A stretch of 64,000 nt of DNA from an uncultured Candidatus Saccharibacteria bacterium (GTDB lineage: Bacteria > Patescibacteriota > Saccharimonadia > Saccharimonadales > Saccharimonadaceae), in NCBI GenBank assembly GCA_964475445.1, contig CAYYWU010000003.1:7269-71268 (forward strand), written 5' to 3'. The notes beneath the pieces are model-generated. The model was not told the DNA's origin and ran no database searches. It saw nothing but the letters and a program-made list of their open reading frames with translations. The translations under genes and the position numbers were made by a program. Numbering within the stretch: position 1 is the first letter of the stretch; the number at the start of each line of letters is the position of its first letter. This document shows positions 19,920-30,565 of this stretch, one piece after another.

Positions 19920-20381
19920 CTATGCCTGCGGGATGTTCAAGACTGTCTCTTCAGCCACCGGCGCCGCCACATCATTAGCCGGCGTTGCCGGATTAATCGT
20001 ACCGTCACTTGCTCGATCGCCCAAGACTTCATGCACTACATTCACCACATCCTCAATCCCAACTTGCGATTTTACCAAATAGCGATCCGCACCCAAACTC
20101 TCACCACGTTCACGTTGATCCTCGCTAGACAGCGCTGTCATCATAATTACCTTAATATCTTTGGTTTCTGGAGTACTGCGGAGAATATCGAGCATATCAA
20201 ATCCCGAGATCTTTGGCATCATCACATCAGAAATAATCAAATCCGGGCGTTCGCGCACCGCCACCGCCAAGGCCTCCTCGCCGTCTCCTGCCGAAACGAT
20301 TTCGTAGCCTTCAGCCGTTAAACGAATACTGTAAATCTCTCGAAGGCTGTTGTCGTCTTCGACTAGCATAATTTTGCTCAT
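19920..20381 (-). CDS. Single-domain response regulator
   Basis: IMLVEDD, LIISDVMMP, MMTA and YLVK receiver motifs. Confidence 0.92.
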   Translation of the reverse strand: MSKIMLVEDDNSLREIYSIRLTAEGYEIVSAGDGEEALAVAVRERPDLIISDVMMPKISGFDMLDILRSTPETKDIKVIMMTALSSEDQRERGESLGADRYLVKSQVGIEDVVNVVHEVLGDRASDGTINPATPANDVAAPVAEETVLNIPQA

Positions 20382-21688
20382 GCGATCTCCTTTTGATTAA
20401 TATTTGACATAGTTGGCTGGCTCAGCTCGGTCGGAAAATAACCTTGAACAGGTGCCACCCCAGCCCCAGGCATTTGCGCAGTCTGCTGCTGTTGTTCATT
20501 CTGGTAGGCAATCAAGCGTTTTTGATATTCCGCGTCGGTCAACCGCGGCAAACTCACATAAAATGTCGAACCGTCACCAAACGCGCTTTCCACCCACACA
20601 CGCCCGTCCATGGCCTCGACGCGCTGCTTCACAAGGTAGAGCCCCAGCCCAGTGCCACCAATCTGGCGGGTTTGCGAGTTGTCCACCCGATAAAACTTTT
20701 GGAAAATATGCGCAGCATCGTCCGGTGACACTCCAATCCCAGTGTCTGTCACATTAATCAATACTTCATCACCATCAGCGCGGGCATTTACCCAGATTTC
20801 GCCTCCATCTGGCGTATATTTAATCGCGTTTTCAATCAAATTATCCAAGATTTCGCGCAAAAAATCCAAATCCACTGCCGCATACACCAATGGTTCAACT
20901 TGTTTCTCATTTGTCACCGCCTCAGCCGTGCCAAAACTGTATTTCAAGTGCTTGTCTTGTAAATCTTTCCCACGTGCGCGCTGCCCAGCCATTTCTTGCA
21001 CCGCCGCCACGATATTTACCGGCACCAGGTGCGCTTTTAGTCGCCCATCATCTAACTTCGTTACGTCTAGTAAATCTTTAAACAGCCTTCCGAGATGCTG
21101 GCTCGAAGCGTGTGCTGCCTCCAAATACTGGCGAGCGCGGTCGTCAATTGTTGCTGTTTGCGGGTTCAACGCCAACCCCAGATAGCCTTCAATCGAAGCC
21201 ACGGGCGTCCGCATCTCATGGCTGGCTGTTGAGATAAACTCACTTTGTTTTTCCTCTTCTTCCAGTTCTTTCGTGATGTCGCGAAAAGTAATAATCTTGT
21301 CGGCATTTGGCCCTCCAGCTGGTGTTAAGCTCAAAAAAATCGCCGATTTCCGCTCGCCCTGAGCCGACAGCAGCAAATACTCACGGCTAGTCATAGCTTG
21401 ATTCAGTCGTACGGCTTGATCCAGTTTGCTACCATCTAGAGGTACTGCCGACCCGTCTGCATTTGCTAAGCGCAACACTGTCTGGTAGTTCAGGCCGACA
21501 ACATTAGTGGGGCTGCCATAGCCCACCATCATCGCTGCTGCTGGGTTTGCAAATTGCACCACGCCAGTTTTATCAATCAGTAATACTCCGTCCGCAATTG
21601 CATTCAAAGCCAACTCCGCGAATGCCGAACTATTTGCCACTTGCACCGCTGGCGCCACTGTAGCCACTTTCTTCTTGAATAAACTCAT
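20378..21688 (-). CDS. PAS-domain sensor histidine kinase
   Basis: SHEMRTP, NLIENAIKY, DTGIG and GGTGLGL motifs. Confidence 0.93.
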   Translation of the reverse strand: MSLFKKKVATVAPAVQVANSSAFAELALNAIADGVLLIDKTGVVQFANPAAAMMVGYGSPTNVVGLNYQTVLRLANADGSAVPLDGSKLDQAVRLNQAMTSREYLLLSAQGERKSAIFLSLTPAGGPNADKIITFRDITKELEEEEKQSEFISTASHEMRTPVASIEGYLGLALNPQTATIDDRARQYLEAAHASSQHLGRLFKDLLDVTKLDDGRLKAHLVPVNIVAAVQEMAGQRARGKDLQDKHLKYSFGTAEAVTNEKQVEPLVYAAVDLDFLREILDNLIENAIKYTPDGGEIWVNARADGDEVLINVTDTGIGVSPDDAAHIFQKFYRVDNSQTRQIGGTGLGLYLVKQRVEAMDGRVWVESAFGDGSTFYVSLPRLTDAEYQKRLIAYQNEQQQQTAQMPGAGVAPVQGYFPTELSQPTMSNINQKEIA

Positions 21689-21737
21689 TATGTTTATTTT
21701 AACACAAGCCTGCAAAAATATGCTATATTTGTTTTAT

Positions 21738-23483
21738 ATGAACAAGGAAGTTATTTATTTGGAGCCGGAAGATGATATCACCGACATCTTGACCAAGCTC
21801 CAAGGCGCCGAACAAAAACTGGTGGCCCTTGTGCCACCCAAAAAAGCCACAATGCTGCGCAACGCGGTGAATATGAAGCTGGTAGCGCGAGCCGCCAAGG
21901 AGTGTGACAAGGTTGCTGTGATCGTAACTGCGGATCCAGCCATCGTTAAGCAGGCCATGACTGCCCAAATCCCGGTGGCAAAAACCTTACAATCCCGCCC
22001 AGTGGTTCCGACTAAGGAAAGCTTGGCTGAGAGCGAGGCCGAAGAACAGGTGATTGATGAGGATTTGACGGATGTCAGTAAGTCAGAAAAGGACAGCTTG
22101 AAGGACAAAAAATCCGGCAAAATCGCCGCAGAGGGTACTAGCGGCGCTTCTGAAGCGGTTAAGGCTAAAAGTAGTAACACTATCGACCTCAGCGACGGTG
22201 ACCTCTCAGACGGCAAGAGAGAGGGCAAAAACGGCCAAAAATCAGCCAAAACCGACAAAAATGGCAAAAAAGTGCCGAATTTCGAACAATATCGCAAATG
22301 GATAATTCTCGGGGCCGCCGCGGTGATTTTATTGGTGGTCTTTGGGGTCTGGGCCTTTGTCTTTGCTCCAGCGGTGAAGATTACTGTCGCTATGAATACT
22401 TCCTCAAGTAGCTTCTCGGAAAATATTAGTTTTACTACCAACCAAGCCGAGGCTAATGCCGCCGAGGGTAAGTTCTTCGTCGAAAAACAGAGCTATGTCG
22501 ACAAGTTTGAGGCTGAATTTGTTGCCACGGGTCAAGAGGATCGGGGCGATAAGTCTAAGGGTACGGTGAGGATTGCCTATACTCTAACGGCAGCATTTAT
22601 TAAGGAACATCTGAACGAAGGTGTGACGATTAGTATTCCTGCCAATTCGCGCCTAGTTTCGAACGACAATGGGCTAGGTTATCATACCATTCAAGATATT
22701 GCTTTGTCCTGGGACGGTACAATTGGCTCCGGCTCGACCTGTACTTCCTCGTCAAGCTGCACCCTCAGCGCAACCGTAGGAATTGAAGCAAATAATAGCG
22801 GTGCGAATTACGACGCCGGCACGAAAACTTCTTGGTCGACCGCTAGCCTGCCCAGCCTCGAGAATGTCTCTGTGCCGAGTGTGACGACGACCGAGCCAAT
22901 CTCTGGTGGTTCGACCAAGATGGTAACTGTAGTTACGCAAGCCGATGTCAATAAGGCCGCCGAAGCCCGTAATGATTCTGCCAGCGCCGATGGTAAAACC
23001 ACTCTGATGGCGCAAGTACCAAAAGATTCAATCGCCATCGAGGCTAGCTATACCGCTGAAGTTGGTGAGTTGAAATCCTCTCCAGCAGTCGGGGAAGAAG
23101 CTAACGGTCAGGTGAAATTGACCGCCGAAACAACTTATTCTATTTATACGATTACCAGTGCCCAGATTGATGAGTTCGTCAAAGCCAAGACTGAGCTCGG
23201 CGAAGACCAGAAGATTTATTCCATCAGCGATACCTATGTGGAGCGCTTTACTAAGATTGAGGAGCCAGCGCGCCTCAAGGCTACGGTTAAAACTGGTCCA
23301 ACCGTGACCGAAGAAGACGTCCTGAACCGCTCTATGGGGCGCAAAACCGGTGAAGTCCAATCGTTGCTGCGCTCAATCAACGGTGTCAGTTCTGTCACTG
23401 TTACGCCATCTTACTTCTGGGTCTGGTCTGTACCAAAGAATGCCGACAAGGTTACGGTCGAGTTAACGGTGGAGGATAAGTAA
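21738..23483 (+). CDS. CPR-type membrane-anchored protein with a baseplate-J-like extracellular region
   Basis: IYLEPEDDITD N-terminus, one TM helix, TGQEDRGDKSKGTV; family recall. Confidence 0.6.
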   Translation: MNKEVIYLEPEDDITDILTKLQGAEQKLVALVPPKKATMLRNAVNMKLVARAAKECDKVAVIVTADPAIVKQAMTAQIPVAKTLQSRPVVPTKESLAESEAEEQVIDEDLTDVSKSEKDSLKDKKSGKIAAEGTSGASEAVKAKSSNTIDLSDGDLSDGKREGKNGQKSAKTDKNGKKVPNFEQYRKWIILGAAAVILLVVFGVWAFVFAPAVKITVAMNTSSSSFSENISFTTNQAEANAAEGKFFVEKQSYVDKFEAEFVATGQEDRGDKSKGTVRIAYTLTAAFIKEHLNEGVTISIPANSRLVSNDNGLGYHTIQDIALSWDGTIGSGSTCTSSSSCTLSATVGIEANNSGANYDAGTKTSWSTASLPSLENVSVPSVTTTEPISGGSTKMVTVVTQADVNKAAEARNDSASADGKTTLMAQVPKDSIAIEASYTAEVGELKSSPAVGEEANGQVKLTAETTYSIYTITSAQIDEFVKAKTELGEDQKIYSISDTYVERFTKIEEPARLKATVKTGPTVTEEDVLNRSMGRKTGEVQSLLRSINGVSSVTVTPSYFWVWSVPKNADKVTVELTVEDK

Positions 23484-23486
23484 CCT

Positions 23487-25043
23487 ATGAAATTAATTGC
23501 CCTTGATGTTGGCACCAAGCGGATTGGTGTCGCTAAAGCCGATTCCAGCGTGCGAATTGCGGTACCATATGCTGCTGTAGAAGTTGATGGCACGGAGCTT
23601 GAGAAAATTGCTTCGCTCGCCCGCGCCTGGGACATTAATAGCTTCGTGCTCGGTATGCCCCGCAACTCCAAAGGTGAAGAAACTGAGCAAAGTCAGTATG
23701 TACGTCGTTTTGCCAAAGAGTTGAAACGCCAGATTCCGGAGGCTAAGATTTGCTTCCAGGATGAGAGTTTGACCTCTGTCGAAGCCGAAAAGCGCCTCAA
23801 GGGCCGCAAAAAGGGCTACAAAAAGGGCGATATTGATTCTGAAGCCGCTACGATTATTTTGCAAGATTTTCTCGAACAGCATACTGGTAAGACAGTGTCG
23901 AAGGCTGCCAGCGCCAAGCGTCAAACCGTGCAAGCCGCCAAGCCTCACCGCATGGGAGTGGTGCTGTTGATTCTGCTGCTGGTGCTCGGGGGAGCTGGGG
24001 CTGGGGCGTATTACTATTATGACCAGAATTTACAACCGGTTTTCACTGATATTGATTGTAATGATGCTGAGGAGAAAACCAGTAGTGCTTGCAAGCCAAT
24101 TGTCTTTTCGATTGAACCCGGCTCGAGTGTCAATGAGATTGCTAATAGTTTGAAAAATGCCGGACTGATCCGTGATTCGCTGGTTTTTCAGATCTATTAC
24201 CGTCTAAATTACGGTAATTCGACGATCAAAACCGGCGATTTTAACCTGACTAAGGTGATGACCCCAGCAGAAATCATCGCAGAAATCAGCGATAGTGCTA
24301 ATGACGATAATACTTTTAGCTTTACAGTACTACCAGGGGAGAGATTGTCCGACATTAAGGCTAAACTGATTAAGCTTGGTTATACTGCGGAAGCAGTAGA
24401 CGCTGCCCTTGCTGCCCCTTATAATGGCGAATACAGCTGGATTTTTGAGGGTCGACCAGAGGGAGCATCGCTTGAAGGTTATTTGTTTGGCGAAACTTAC
24501 GAATTTTACAAAAATGAGGAAGTAACGGCAATTTTTGAGCGCATGCTGGGAGAAATGGCTTCTGTCATAGAGAAAACCGGTCTGAAAGAGAAATTTGCCG
24601 CTCAGGGGTTGAACCTCTATCAGGGGATCACACTAGCTTCGGTGGTACAAAAAGAGGCCGATAACGCCGCTGATTGGGCAAAAGTTGCCCAAGTGTTTTA
24701 TAATCGCATGGCTGCGGGGATGAATCTAGGCAGCGATGTCACCGTTAGCTATGCTTGGGACGTGATGTACCCAGAGCGTGACCCCAGTGAAATCAGTAAT
24801 TCTGAGAAAATTGCTATTGATAGCCCCTATAATACCCGATTACATACCGGTTTGCCTTATGGGCCAATTTGCAACCCTGGTGAAGCCGCTCTACTCGCTA
24901 CTGCCACCCCTGATAATGCCGCCGCAAACCACTTATTCTTCTTGACAGGAGACGATGGTGTGATGTATTATAGTAGTACAGAGGAGGGACATAATCGAAA
25001 TATCCATGAACATTGTCAAAACCTCTGTAGTGTTGCTTTGTAG
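23487..25043 (+). CDS. ruvX-mltG: Fusion of RuvX/YqgF nuclease and MltG endolytic transglycosylase
   Basis: N-term ALDVGTKRIG, QDESLTS and DSEAATIILQ; TM helix; C-term LEGYLFGETY, ASVVQKE, SPYNT and GPICNPG in one uninterrupted frame. Confidence 0.9.
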   Translation: MKLIALDVGTKRIGVAKADSSVRIAVPYAAVEVDGTELEKIASLARAWDINSFVLGMPRNSKGEETEQSQYVRRFAKELKRQIPEAKICFQDESLTSVEAEKRLKGRKKGYKKGDIDSEAATIILQDFLEQHTGKTVSKAASAKRQTVQAAKPHRMGVVLLILLLVLGGAGAGAYYYYDQNLQPVFTDIDCNDAEEKTSSACKPIVFSIEPGSSVNEIANSLKNAGLIRDSLVFQIYYRLNYGNSTIKTGDFNLTKVMTPAEIIAEISDSANDDNTFSFTVLPGERLSDIKAKLIKLGYTAEAVDAALAAPYNGEYSWIFEGRPEGASLEGYLFGETYEFYKNEEVTAIFERMLGEMASVIEKTGLKEKFAAQGLNLYQGITLASVVQKEADNAADWAKVAQVFYNRMAAGMNLGSDVTVSYAWDVMYPERDPSEISNSEKIAIDSPYNTRLHTGLPYGPICNPGEAALLATATPDNAAANHLFFLTGDDGVMYYSSTEEGHNRNIHEHCQNLCSVAL

Positions 25044-25075
25044 CGGGGGTAAAGAGCAATACCGATTAGTCTATT

Positions 25076-26218
25076 ATGAAGAAGAAAAAACGTAGTGAAC
25101 ATCGCTTTAGAGGCTTCATGGGCAAGATTTTGCCCTATGTGGCGATGTTTTTGATGATTTTTGGGATTGCGAAGATTGGTTCTGAAACCAAAAATGACCT
25201 CAGTAGTGATAATCTGAATATGAATCAGATGGCTGCAAACAACTACAACGTTTCGGCCGACCAGCTCTCAGAGCTGTACGTGGTGGCGAACTTATCGAAT
25301 AACTTTGATCTGGCCAGCACTGAAACCGTGGCTGCTAACTATGTCATTGTTTCAGCGATGAAGGAAATTTCCCAGACCACGACCGATCGTCTGGAAAAGC
25401 CGAGTGTGGTCGACACTGGTCAGGGGCGCGGCATCCGGACTTATGTGGTCGCGGACGGAGAAACTATGGCTGGCATTGCTGCCAAAAGTGGTCTCACGAC
25501 TGATCAGATTCGCTGGTCAAACGGCTTGAAAAACACCGATGTTAGCACGGGACAGGTTTTGTATTTGCCGCCGCAGGGAATCTCAGGCATTGTTTATACA
25601 GTTAAGGCTGGCGATACCGCTGATAGCTTAGCTTCCAAATATCAGTCATCAGCGCAAGAAATTATCGCCATTAACGACCTCGAGGTCGACGGCTTGGCTG
25701 AGGGGATGCGTGTGGTTTTGCCGCACGGCGTTCTTCCAGTTGTCGAACGTCCAGAATATGTTGCTCCGCGCCGTTACACCTCAACTTATACTTATTCAGG
25801 TTCGTATGCTAGCCGCCAGAATACGGTAGTTGTGGCTCGGGGCGCCTATAACCCAATCTATAACAACCCGGCAGGCATCAATGGCAACCCAATGGTGCGA
25901 GGTCAATGTACTTGGTTCGCCTGGTACTGGCGGGCAGCGAACGGTCGGCCTTTGCCTGGCGGTGCTACACTCGGCCATGCGCGTTATTGGGCGAACCGAG
26001 CGGCTGCCATGGGTTATCGCGTTGATAAAATCCCAGAATATGGTGCAGTTTTCCAAACAACAGCAGGCTATTATGGGCACGTCGGTATTGTTACTGGTCT
26101 GAACGGCGACGGTTCTATTAATGTCCGTGAAATGAACTTGGATAGCCGCGGGGTTGGTACTTTGACTGACGGCACGATTCCTGCTAGCGCGGTCGGAAGC
26201 TTTAACTATATTCACTAA
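25076..26218 (+). CDS. LysM x2 + CHAP peptidoglycan hydrolase
   Basis: YVVADGET and YTVKAGDT LysM repeats; GQCTWF and GHVGIV CHAP motifs. Confidence 0.9.
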   Translation: MKKKKRSEHRFRGFMGKILPYVAMFLMIFGIAKIGSETKNDLSSDNLNMNQMAANNYNVSADQLSELYVVANLSNNFDLASTETVAANYVIVSAMKEISQTTTDRLEKPSVVDTGQGRGIRTYVVADGETMAGIAAKSGLTTDQIRWSNGLKNTDVSTGQVLYLPPQGISGIVYTVKAGDTADSLASKYQSSAQEIIAINDLEVDGLAEGMRVVLPHGVLPVVERPEYVAPRRYTSTYTYSGSYASRQNTVVVARGAYNPIYNNPAGINGNPMVRGQCTWFAWYWRAANGRPLPGGATLGHARYWANRAAAMGYRVDKIPEYGAVFQTTAGYYGHVGIVTGLNGDGSINVREMNLDSRGVGTLTDGTIPASAVGSFNYIH

Positions 26219-26227
26219 GGAGGGTAA

Positions 26228-27550
26228 ATGTTTGTCGATACGGCAAAAGTTAAACTACAAGCCGGTAAGGGCGGAGATGGTGCAGTTTCATTTCGTCACG
26301 AGATTTATATTCCCAAAGGCGGACCAGATGGTGGCGACGGTGGGAAAGGCGGCAGCATCATCTTCCGGGCTGATAAAGATACTAATACACTGATTGACTT
26401 TCGTTTTAATCCGGAGCTGAAAGCCGAGAATGGCCGCAACGGTGCTGGTCAGCGTAGTGCTGGGCGCAGCGGGAAAGATTTGATTGTCGAAGTGCCGATT
26501 GGTACCGTGGTGCGCAAAGATGGCGAAATTATTGCTGATCTGGTCGCAGACGGGCAAGAGGCAGTTGTTGCGAAAGGTGGTGATGGTGGCTTTGGTAATG
26601 CTCATTTTAAGTCATCAACCCGTCAAACGCCTATGATTGCCGAAGTTGGCGAGCCCGGTGAAGTTTTTGAAGCTGCGCTGGAGTTGAAACTAATTGCGGA
26701 TGTTGGCTTAGTGGGATTGCCGAACGCTGGCAAGTCAACCTTCCTCAGCGTGGTCAGTAATGCTCGTCCAGAGATTGCCGATTACCCTTTCACAACTTTG
26801 ACCCCACAGCTGGGGGTGGCGACGATTGATGATCGCGATATTTTGATTGCTGATATTCCAGGGTTAATCGAAGGTGCTGCCGATGGGCGAGGTCTTGGTC
26901 ATGACTTTTTGCGTCATGTGGATCGCACTGCGGTGCTACTGCATCTGGTCGATGTCTATAATGACGACGCCGGTAAAGCTTACCACACGATTCGCCACGA
27001 GCTGGAGCGTTATGGCGAGCTGCGCGACCGCCCAGAAATTGTCGCTCTGACCAAGTGCGAAGGCGTGGACGAGGATATTCTCAAGATGCAAGAGGACAGT
27101 ATCTGGAAAGTTAACCCCAACGCCCGGATTTTCCGCATTTCGGCGTCGGCCAATCAGGGATTGAAAGAATTGTTGCGTGAACTGGCGAAGCAGGTGTGGG
27201 CGCGGAGCGAGCGCGAGTCGGTGGATGTAGAGGCTAGTAAACTGCAGGATGTGGCTAACAAAGAAGCTGATAAGCAGTCGGGTACCGAGCTGCCAGTAAT
27301 TACTCTATCGCCGGATCAGCTTAGTAAGTCTTGGCAAGTCGCAAAAGTTGATGATAAGTTCGTCGTGACCGGCCAGAAGATTGAAAAGTTTGCCCGTCGC
27401 ACTGATCTTGATAATTATGCCTCGGTCAATCGCCTGCGCGATATTCTCAAGAAAATGGGCATTCGCGCCGAGCTAACGTCTCAGGGCGCCGAGCCAGATT
27501 CAATCATCAGTATTGCTGGCAAAGAATTCACGCTGGTCGAAGATTACTAG
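26228..27550 (+). CDS. obgE: GTPase ObgE
   Basis: GGPDGGDGG, GLPNAGKST, YPFTT and DIPGLIEGA motifs. Confidence 0.97.
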   Translation: MFVDTAKVKLQAGKGGDGAVSFRHEIYIPKGGPDGGDGGKGGSIIFRADKDTNTLIDFRFNPELKAENGRNGAGQRSAGRSGKDLIVEVPIGTVVRKDGEIIADLVADGQEAVVAKGGDGGFGNAHFKSSTRQTPMIAEVGEPGEVFEAALELKLIADVGLVGLPNAGKSTFLSVVSNARPEIADYPFTTLTPQLGVATIDDRDILIADIPGLIEGAADGRGLGHDFLRHVDRTAVLLHLVDVYNDDAGKAYHTIRHELERYGELRDRPEIVALTKCEGVDEDILKMQEDSIWKVNPNARIFRISASANQGLKELLRELAKQVWARSERESVDVEASKLQDVANKEADKQSGTELPVITLSPDQLSKSWQVAKVDDKFVVTGQKIEKFARRTDLDNYASVNRLRDILKKMGIRAELTSQGAEPDSIISIAGKEFTLVEDY

Positions 27551-27646
27551 TTATACTTGCCCCTGTTAGCAAGAGGTGCTAAAATATCCTCAAGGAGAAG
27601 GGGTGGTCTCTGATCCTTAATATTTTAATGAAAGGAGGGATTTATC

Positions 27647-29128
27647 ATGGATAATAAATCCCTGGGTAAGTCGCGGCGACTTACTCCTAATAACCGGTCA
27701 ATTACTGGAGCTGGAATGCTATACGATATTGGCGATCGACCAAAACCTGTAAAACGAACTCTTCTGGCAATTCAGCATGATTTTGCGATGTTCGGGGCAA
27801 CAGTGCTTATGGTAATCTTGGTCAACACCGCACTTGGCGTGGAGGTTTTCCCGATTCCTGTAGCAATTTGCATGGCAGGAGTCGGAACCTTGATTTACCA
27901 GTTCTTCACACGAGGACGGTCACCAGTTTTCCTGGGAAGCAGTTTTGCCTTCATCTCGCCAACTATCTTAGGATATGGTATTGGCGGAACTCCGGGAGTT
28001 ATGACGGCATTGGCGCTGGTTGGCGTCACCTATATTATTGTCGGGCTAATCGTCAAGCTGATTGGCAAGGGCTGGATTGATCGTTTCTTGCCGCCGGTGG
28101 TTATCGGACCGGTCATCATGGTTATCGGCTTAGGGTTATCGACATCGGCCATCTCTCAGATGGGACTAACAGTAGACAGCGGAGCGAGTGTTTTGGAGAT
28201 TTTATCAGGCTTCATAACTTTAGCGGTTGCGATTATAGTCATGGTATTGCTCCGAAAAACTTTCCTTGGTATCATCCCGTTCTTAACTGCCATTGTTATT
28301 GGGTATTGCTTTTGCATTATCACCGGGCAAGTAGACTTTACTCCAGTCAAAGAGGCGGCGTGGGTTAGCATGCCGAATTTCCAATTTATGGGAGTGAACT
28401 ATATGCCGACACTATTAGCATTCTGGCAGATTGTTCCGGTAGCATTGGTTACAATGGCGGAGCATATCGGAGACCACGAGGCGCTTAGTACGATTACCGG
28501 ACGAAACCTATTGAAGGATCCGGGACTTTCGAGGACGCTAATTGGCGATGGATTTGCAACCTTAGCCGCAGCATTGGTCGGAGGCCCGCCGAATACAACT
28601 TACGGTGAGAACACCGCTGTTGTTGGTATGACCCGAGTAGCTTCAGTCTGCGTGTTACGTCTGGCGGCAATCTTTGCAATTTTCCTGGCCTTCCTGGGCA
28701 AGTTTACGGCATTAGTATCAACAATCCCATCTCCAGTGCTTGGCGGAGTATCAGTTTTGCTCTATGGCTTCATCGCCTTGAACGGAGCGAAAATCTGGGT
28801 CGAAAACCAGGTAGACTTCAACGTACCGCGAAATGTGGCGATTACGGCTCCAGCATTAGTTTTCGGCCTAGGCGGAGCGGTACTTGGGAACGGTATAGTA
28901 TCGATTTCGGGAATGAGTATGACGGCGATAATGGCAATTTTGCTGAACTTGCTGCCTAAAGATCCAGAAGAAATCCAGCGCCAAAAAGAGCGCGAAGAAG
29001 ATGCGCGTATTTTGGAATATATCAAAGGCGAGCATGTTTTAGAGGCAATTCAGGCTGATGTAGAGTTGCAAAGAGCAGTTGACCGGGCAGTTGTGATGTA
29101 TTCTGCGACAGTTAGCACCGAAGATTAG
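27647..29128 (+). CDS. NCS2-family uracil/nucleobase permease (UraA/PyrP-like)
   Basis: LGSSFAF, EHIGD and [11 protein letters not shown] motifs. Confidence 0.92.
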   Translation: MDNKSLGKSRRLTPNNRSITGAGMLYDIGDRPKPVKRTLLAIQHDFAMFGATVLMVILVNTALGVEVFPIPVAICMAGVGTLIYQFFTRGRSPVFLGSSFAFISPTILGYGIGGTPGVMTALALVGVTYIIVGLIVKLIGKGWIDRFLPPVVIGPVIMVIGLGLSTSAISQMGLTVDSGASVLEILSGFITLAVAIIVMVLLRKTFLGIIPFLTAIVIGYCFCIITGQVDFTPVKEAAWVSMPNFQFMGVNYMPTLLAFWQIVPVALVTMAEHIGDHEALSTITGRNLLKDPGLSRTLIGDGFATLAAALVGGPPNTTYGENTAVVGMTRVASVCVLRLAAIFAIFLAFLGKFTALVSTIPSPVLGGVSVLLYGFIALNGAKIWVENQVDFNVPRNVAITAPALVFGLGGAVLGNGIVSISGMSMTAIMAILLNLLPKDPEEIQRQKEREEDARILEYIKGEHVLEAIQADVELQRAVDRAVVMYSATVSTED

Positions 29129-29159
29129 CTGGCAACCTTTCACAAATTTGGGTGGGCAT

Positions 29160-29187
29160 AACCGTTGTATTTTTTACAACGGTTTTT
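29160..29187 (+). terminator. Intrinsic terminator after the permease
   Basis: AACCGTTGTA / TACAACGGTT 10-bp stem followed by Ts. Confidence 0.8.
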
Positions 29188-29234
29188 GCTTTTTGGGCTT
29201 GACGCCTGGCAAGATTTGGCTTATTATAAACATA

Positions 29235-29380
29235 AGCTGGTACGCTTCACAGGGGTTCCACTGATGTTTAGTGGAGTGTGGAGACTTTAACAAAAACAAA
29301 AACAGCGGATTAAAACAAACCTATGTGCCCCAGGGTGGGCGCGCATCAGCGCAAAAACCGGTTCGAAAGAGCCGGTTTTC
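29235..29380 (+). ncRNA. Candidate stand-alone structured small RNA
   Basis: Promoter TTGACG-17-TATTAT (29199-29227); closing stem 29236-29245 / 29341-29350; GAAA-capped terminator 29354-29379. Confidence 0.5.
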
Positions 29381-29431
29381 TTGGGATTAAGACATTTTCT
29401 TGCAATTTTGCCAATTTTAGCATAAAAACTA

Positions 29432-29460
29432 TTGACAAAAATGATAATCTGTGATACGAT
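29432..29460 (+). promoter_or_regulatory. Sigma70 promoter
   Basis: TTGACA-17 bp-TACGAT; shares TTGACAAAAATGATAA with the copy at 19757-19787. Confidence 0.55.
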
Positions 29461-29549
29461 GGAGGTATAGGCTAGGGCGTGGGAGCTTAAGAAAATTAAG
29501 AAGCTATCCCATAGCCCTCAAAAATCTCAAAAAATGGAGGGGAAAGAAA

Positions 29550-30242
29550 ATGAGTAAAAAAGAAAAGATTTTTTGGTTAGTAGTTGCAGTATTAGTGCTT
29601 ACGCTGGGGATTGCGTTTATGGTAGCGCATTCTAATAGCAAACAAACCACAAGGGCGGTCTTAGAAGCTGAAGCTACGGACAAGCTGGAATATTCAACAG
29701 AGAACCCGACCTATTCTATGGAGAATCCCAAGGAAACCATTGAGTGTAAGTCGGAGATTCTCGACATCATGGACATGAAACCCGTCAACCGGCCGGTAGT
29801 TCATAACATAGACGGTCATTATAATCCCAAGACCGGCAAGCTCTGCAAGGATTCAGAGTACGTCGTTTGGGTGGACTTCCCGGACATGCTTCTGGCGGAG
29901 CTGGAAAATGGCCGCCAGAACTTTGAAGTTGACGCTCGGTATACGTTCAAAGTCGAAGCCGGAGATTGGTTCCGCGCGGAAGTAAAGATTTACTCCCCGG
30001 ACACGGGCAGGCTTTATCGCGCCGAGTGTTCGCTGGAGGCTGCTGACGGTTTGTGCAACAAGCACTGTTTCGAGGCGGACCCGAGGATTGCGCTCAGTCG
30101 AGATTGGGAGTTTGAAGACGGACATTTCGCCTTCAGCTTCTACACTTCGGCCCTGCCGGATGACGGTCCGAAGGCGACTAGCGATGGTATCTCTTCCGAT
30201 TACGCAACGGTTAATGCTTATATCGATGGCGCACAGGGTTGA
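29550..30242 (+). CDS. Membrane-anchored hypothetical protein
   Basis: GGAGG SD; MSKKEK followed by a TM helix; the longer ORF start 29451 is unlikely. Confidence 0.7.
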   Translation: MSKKEKIFWLVVAVLVLTLGIAFMVAHSNSKQTTRAVLEAEATDKLEYSTENPTYSMENPKETIECKSEILDIMDMKPVNRPVVHNIDGHYNPKTGKLCKDSEYVVWVDFPDMLLAELENGRQNFEVDARYTFKVEAGDWFRAEVKIYSPDTGRLYRAECSLEAADGLCNKHCFEADPRIALSRDWEFEDGHFAFSFYTSALPDDGPKATSDGISSDYATVNAYIDGAQG

Positions 30243-30300
30243 GCCCATAGCTATGGGAGGCGATATGCTGGTACTTCATTGTACCAGCATATTTTTGTGG

Positions 30301-30544
30301 TTAAAAGGTGTTTTGTAGGCAGCGGAGGGGGAGACCAGCCCAGCGATGATGGCTGAGCGACGGGTTGACACCAGCAGCATCGAAGTAGAGGAAGGACGCG
30401 CGGGCATCAGTGTCAGAGGTATAATAGCCCGCCGAAGCCGACCACCCGTAGCCGCTCAGGCCGGCGCTGTTCAAGCGGCCGTAGTAGATACTGACAATCC
30501 CGCTGCGCACAAAGTATAATGGAGCTTTAGCTATATTGTAGCCT
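30301..30544 (-). pseudogene. Silent variable cassette A (FISUMP/CLec-like C-terminal fragment)
   Basis: GYNIAKAPLYFVRSG...RWAGLPLRCL; long 5' arm, short 3' arm. Confidence 0.8.
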
Positions 30545-30565
30545 AGCGGTGATATAATAATAAGC

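Noticed and set aside
27551-27646. PyrR attenuator upstream of the uracil permease
   Set aside because: No PyrR binding-loop consensus or terminator/antiterminator set is visible in the 96-bp leader.
29503-30257. CCCATAG motifs flanking the 29550-30242 gene (also GCTATCCCATAG at 51835)
   Set aside because: Too short and in inconsistent orientation to call att or integron sites.
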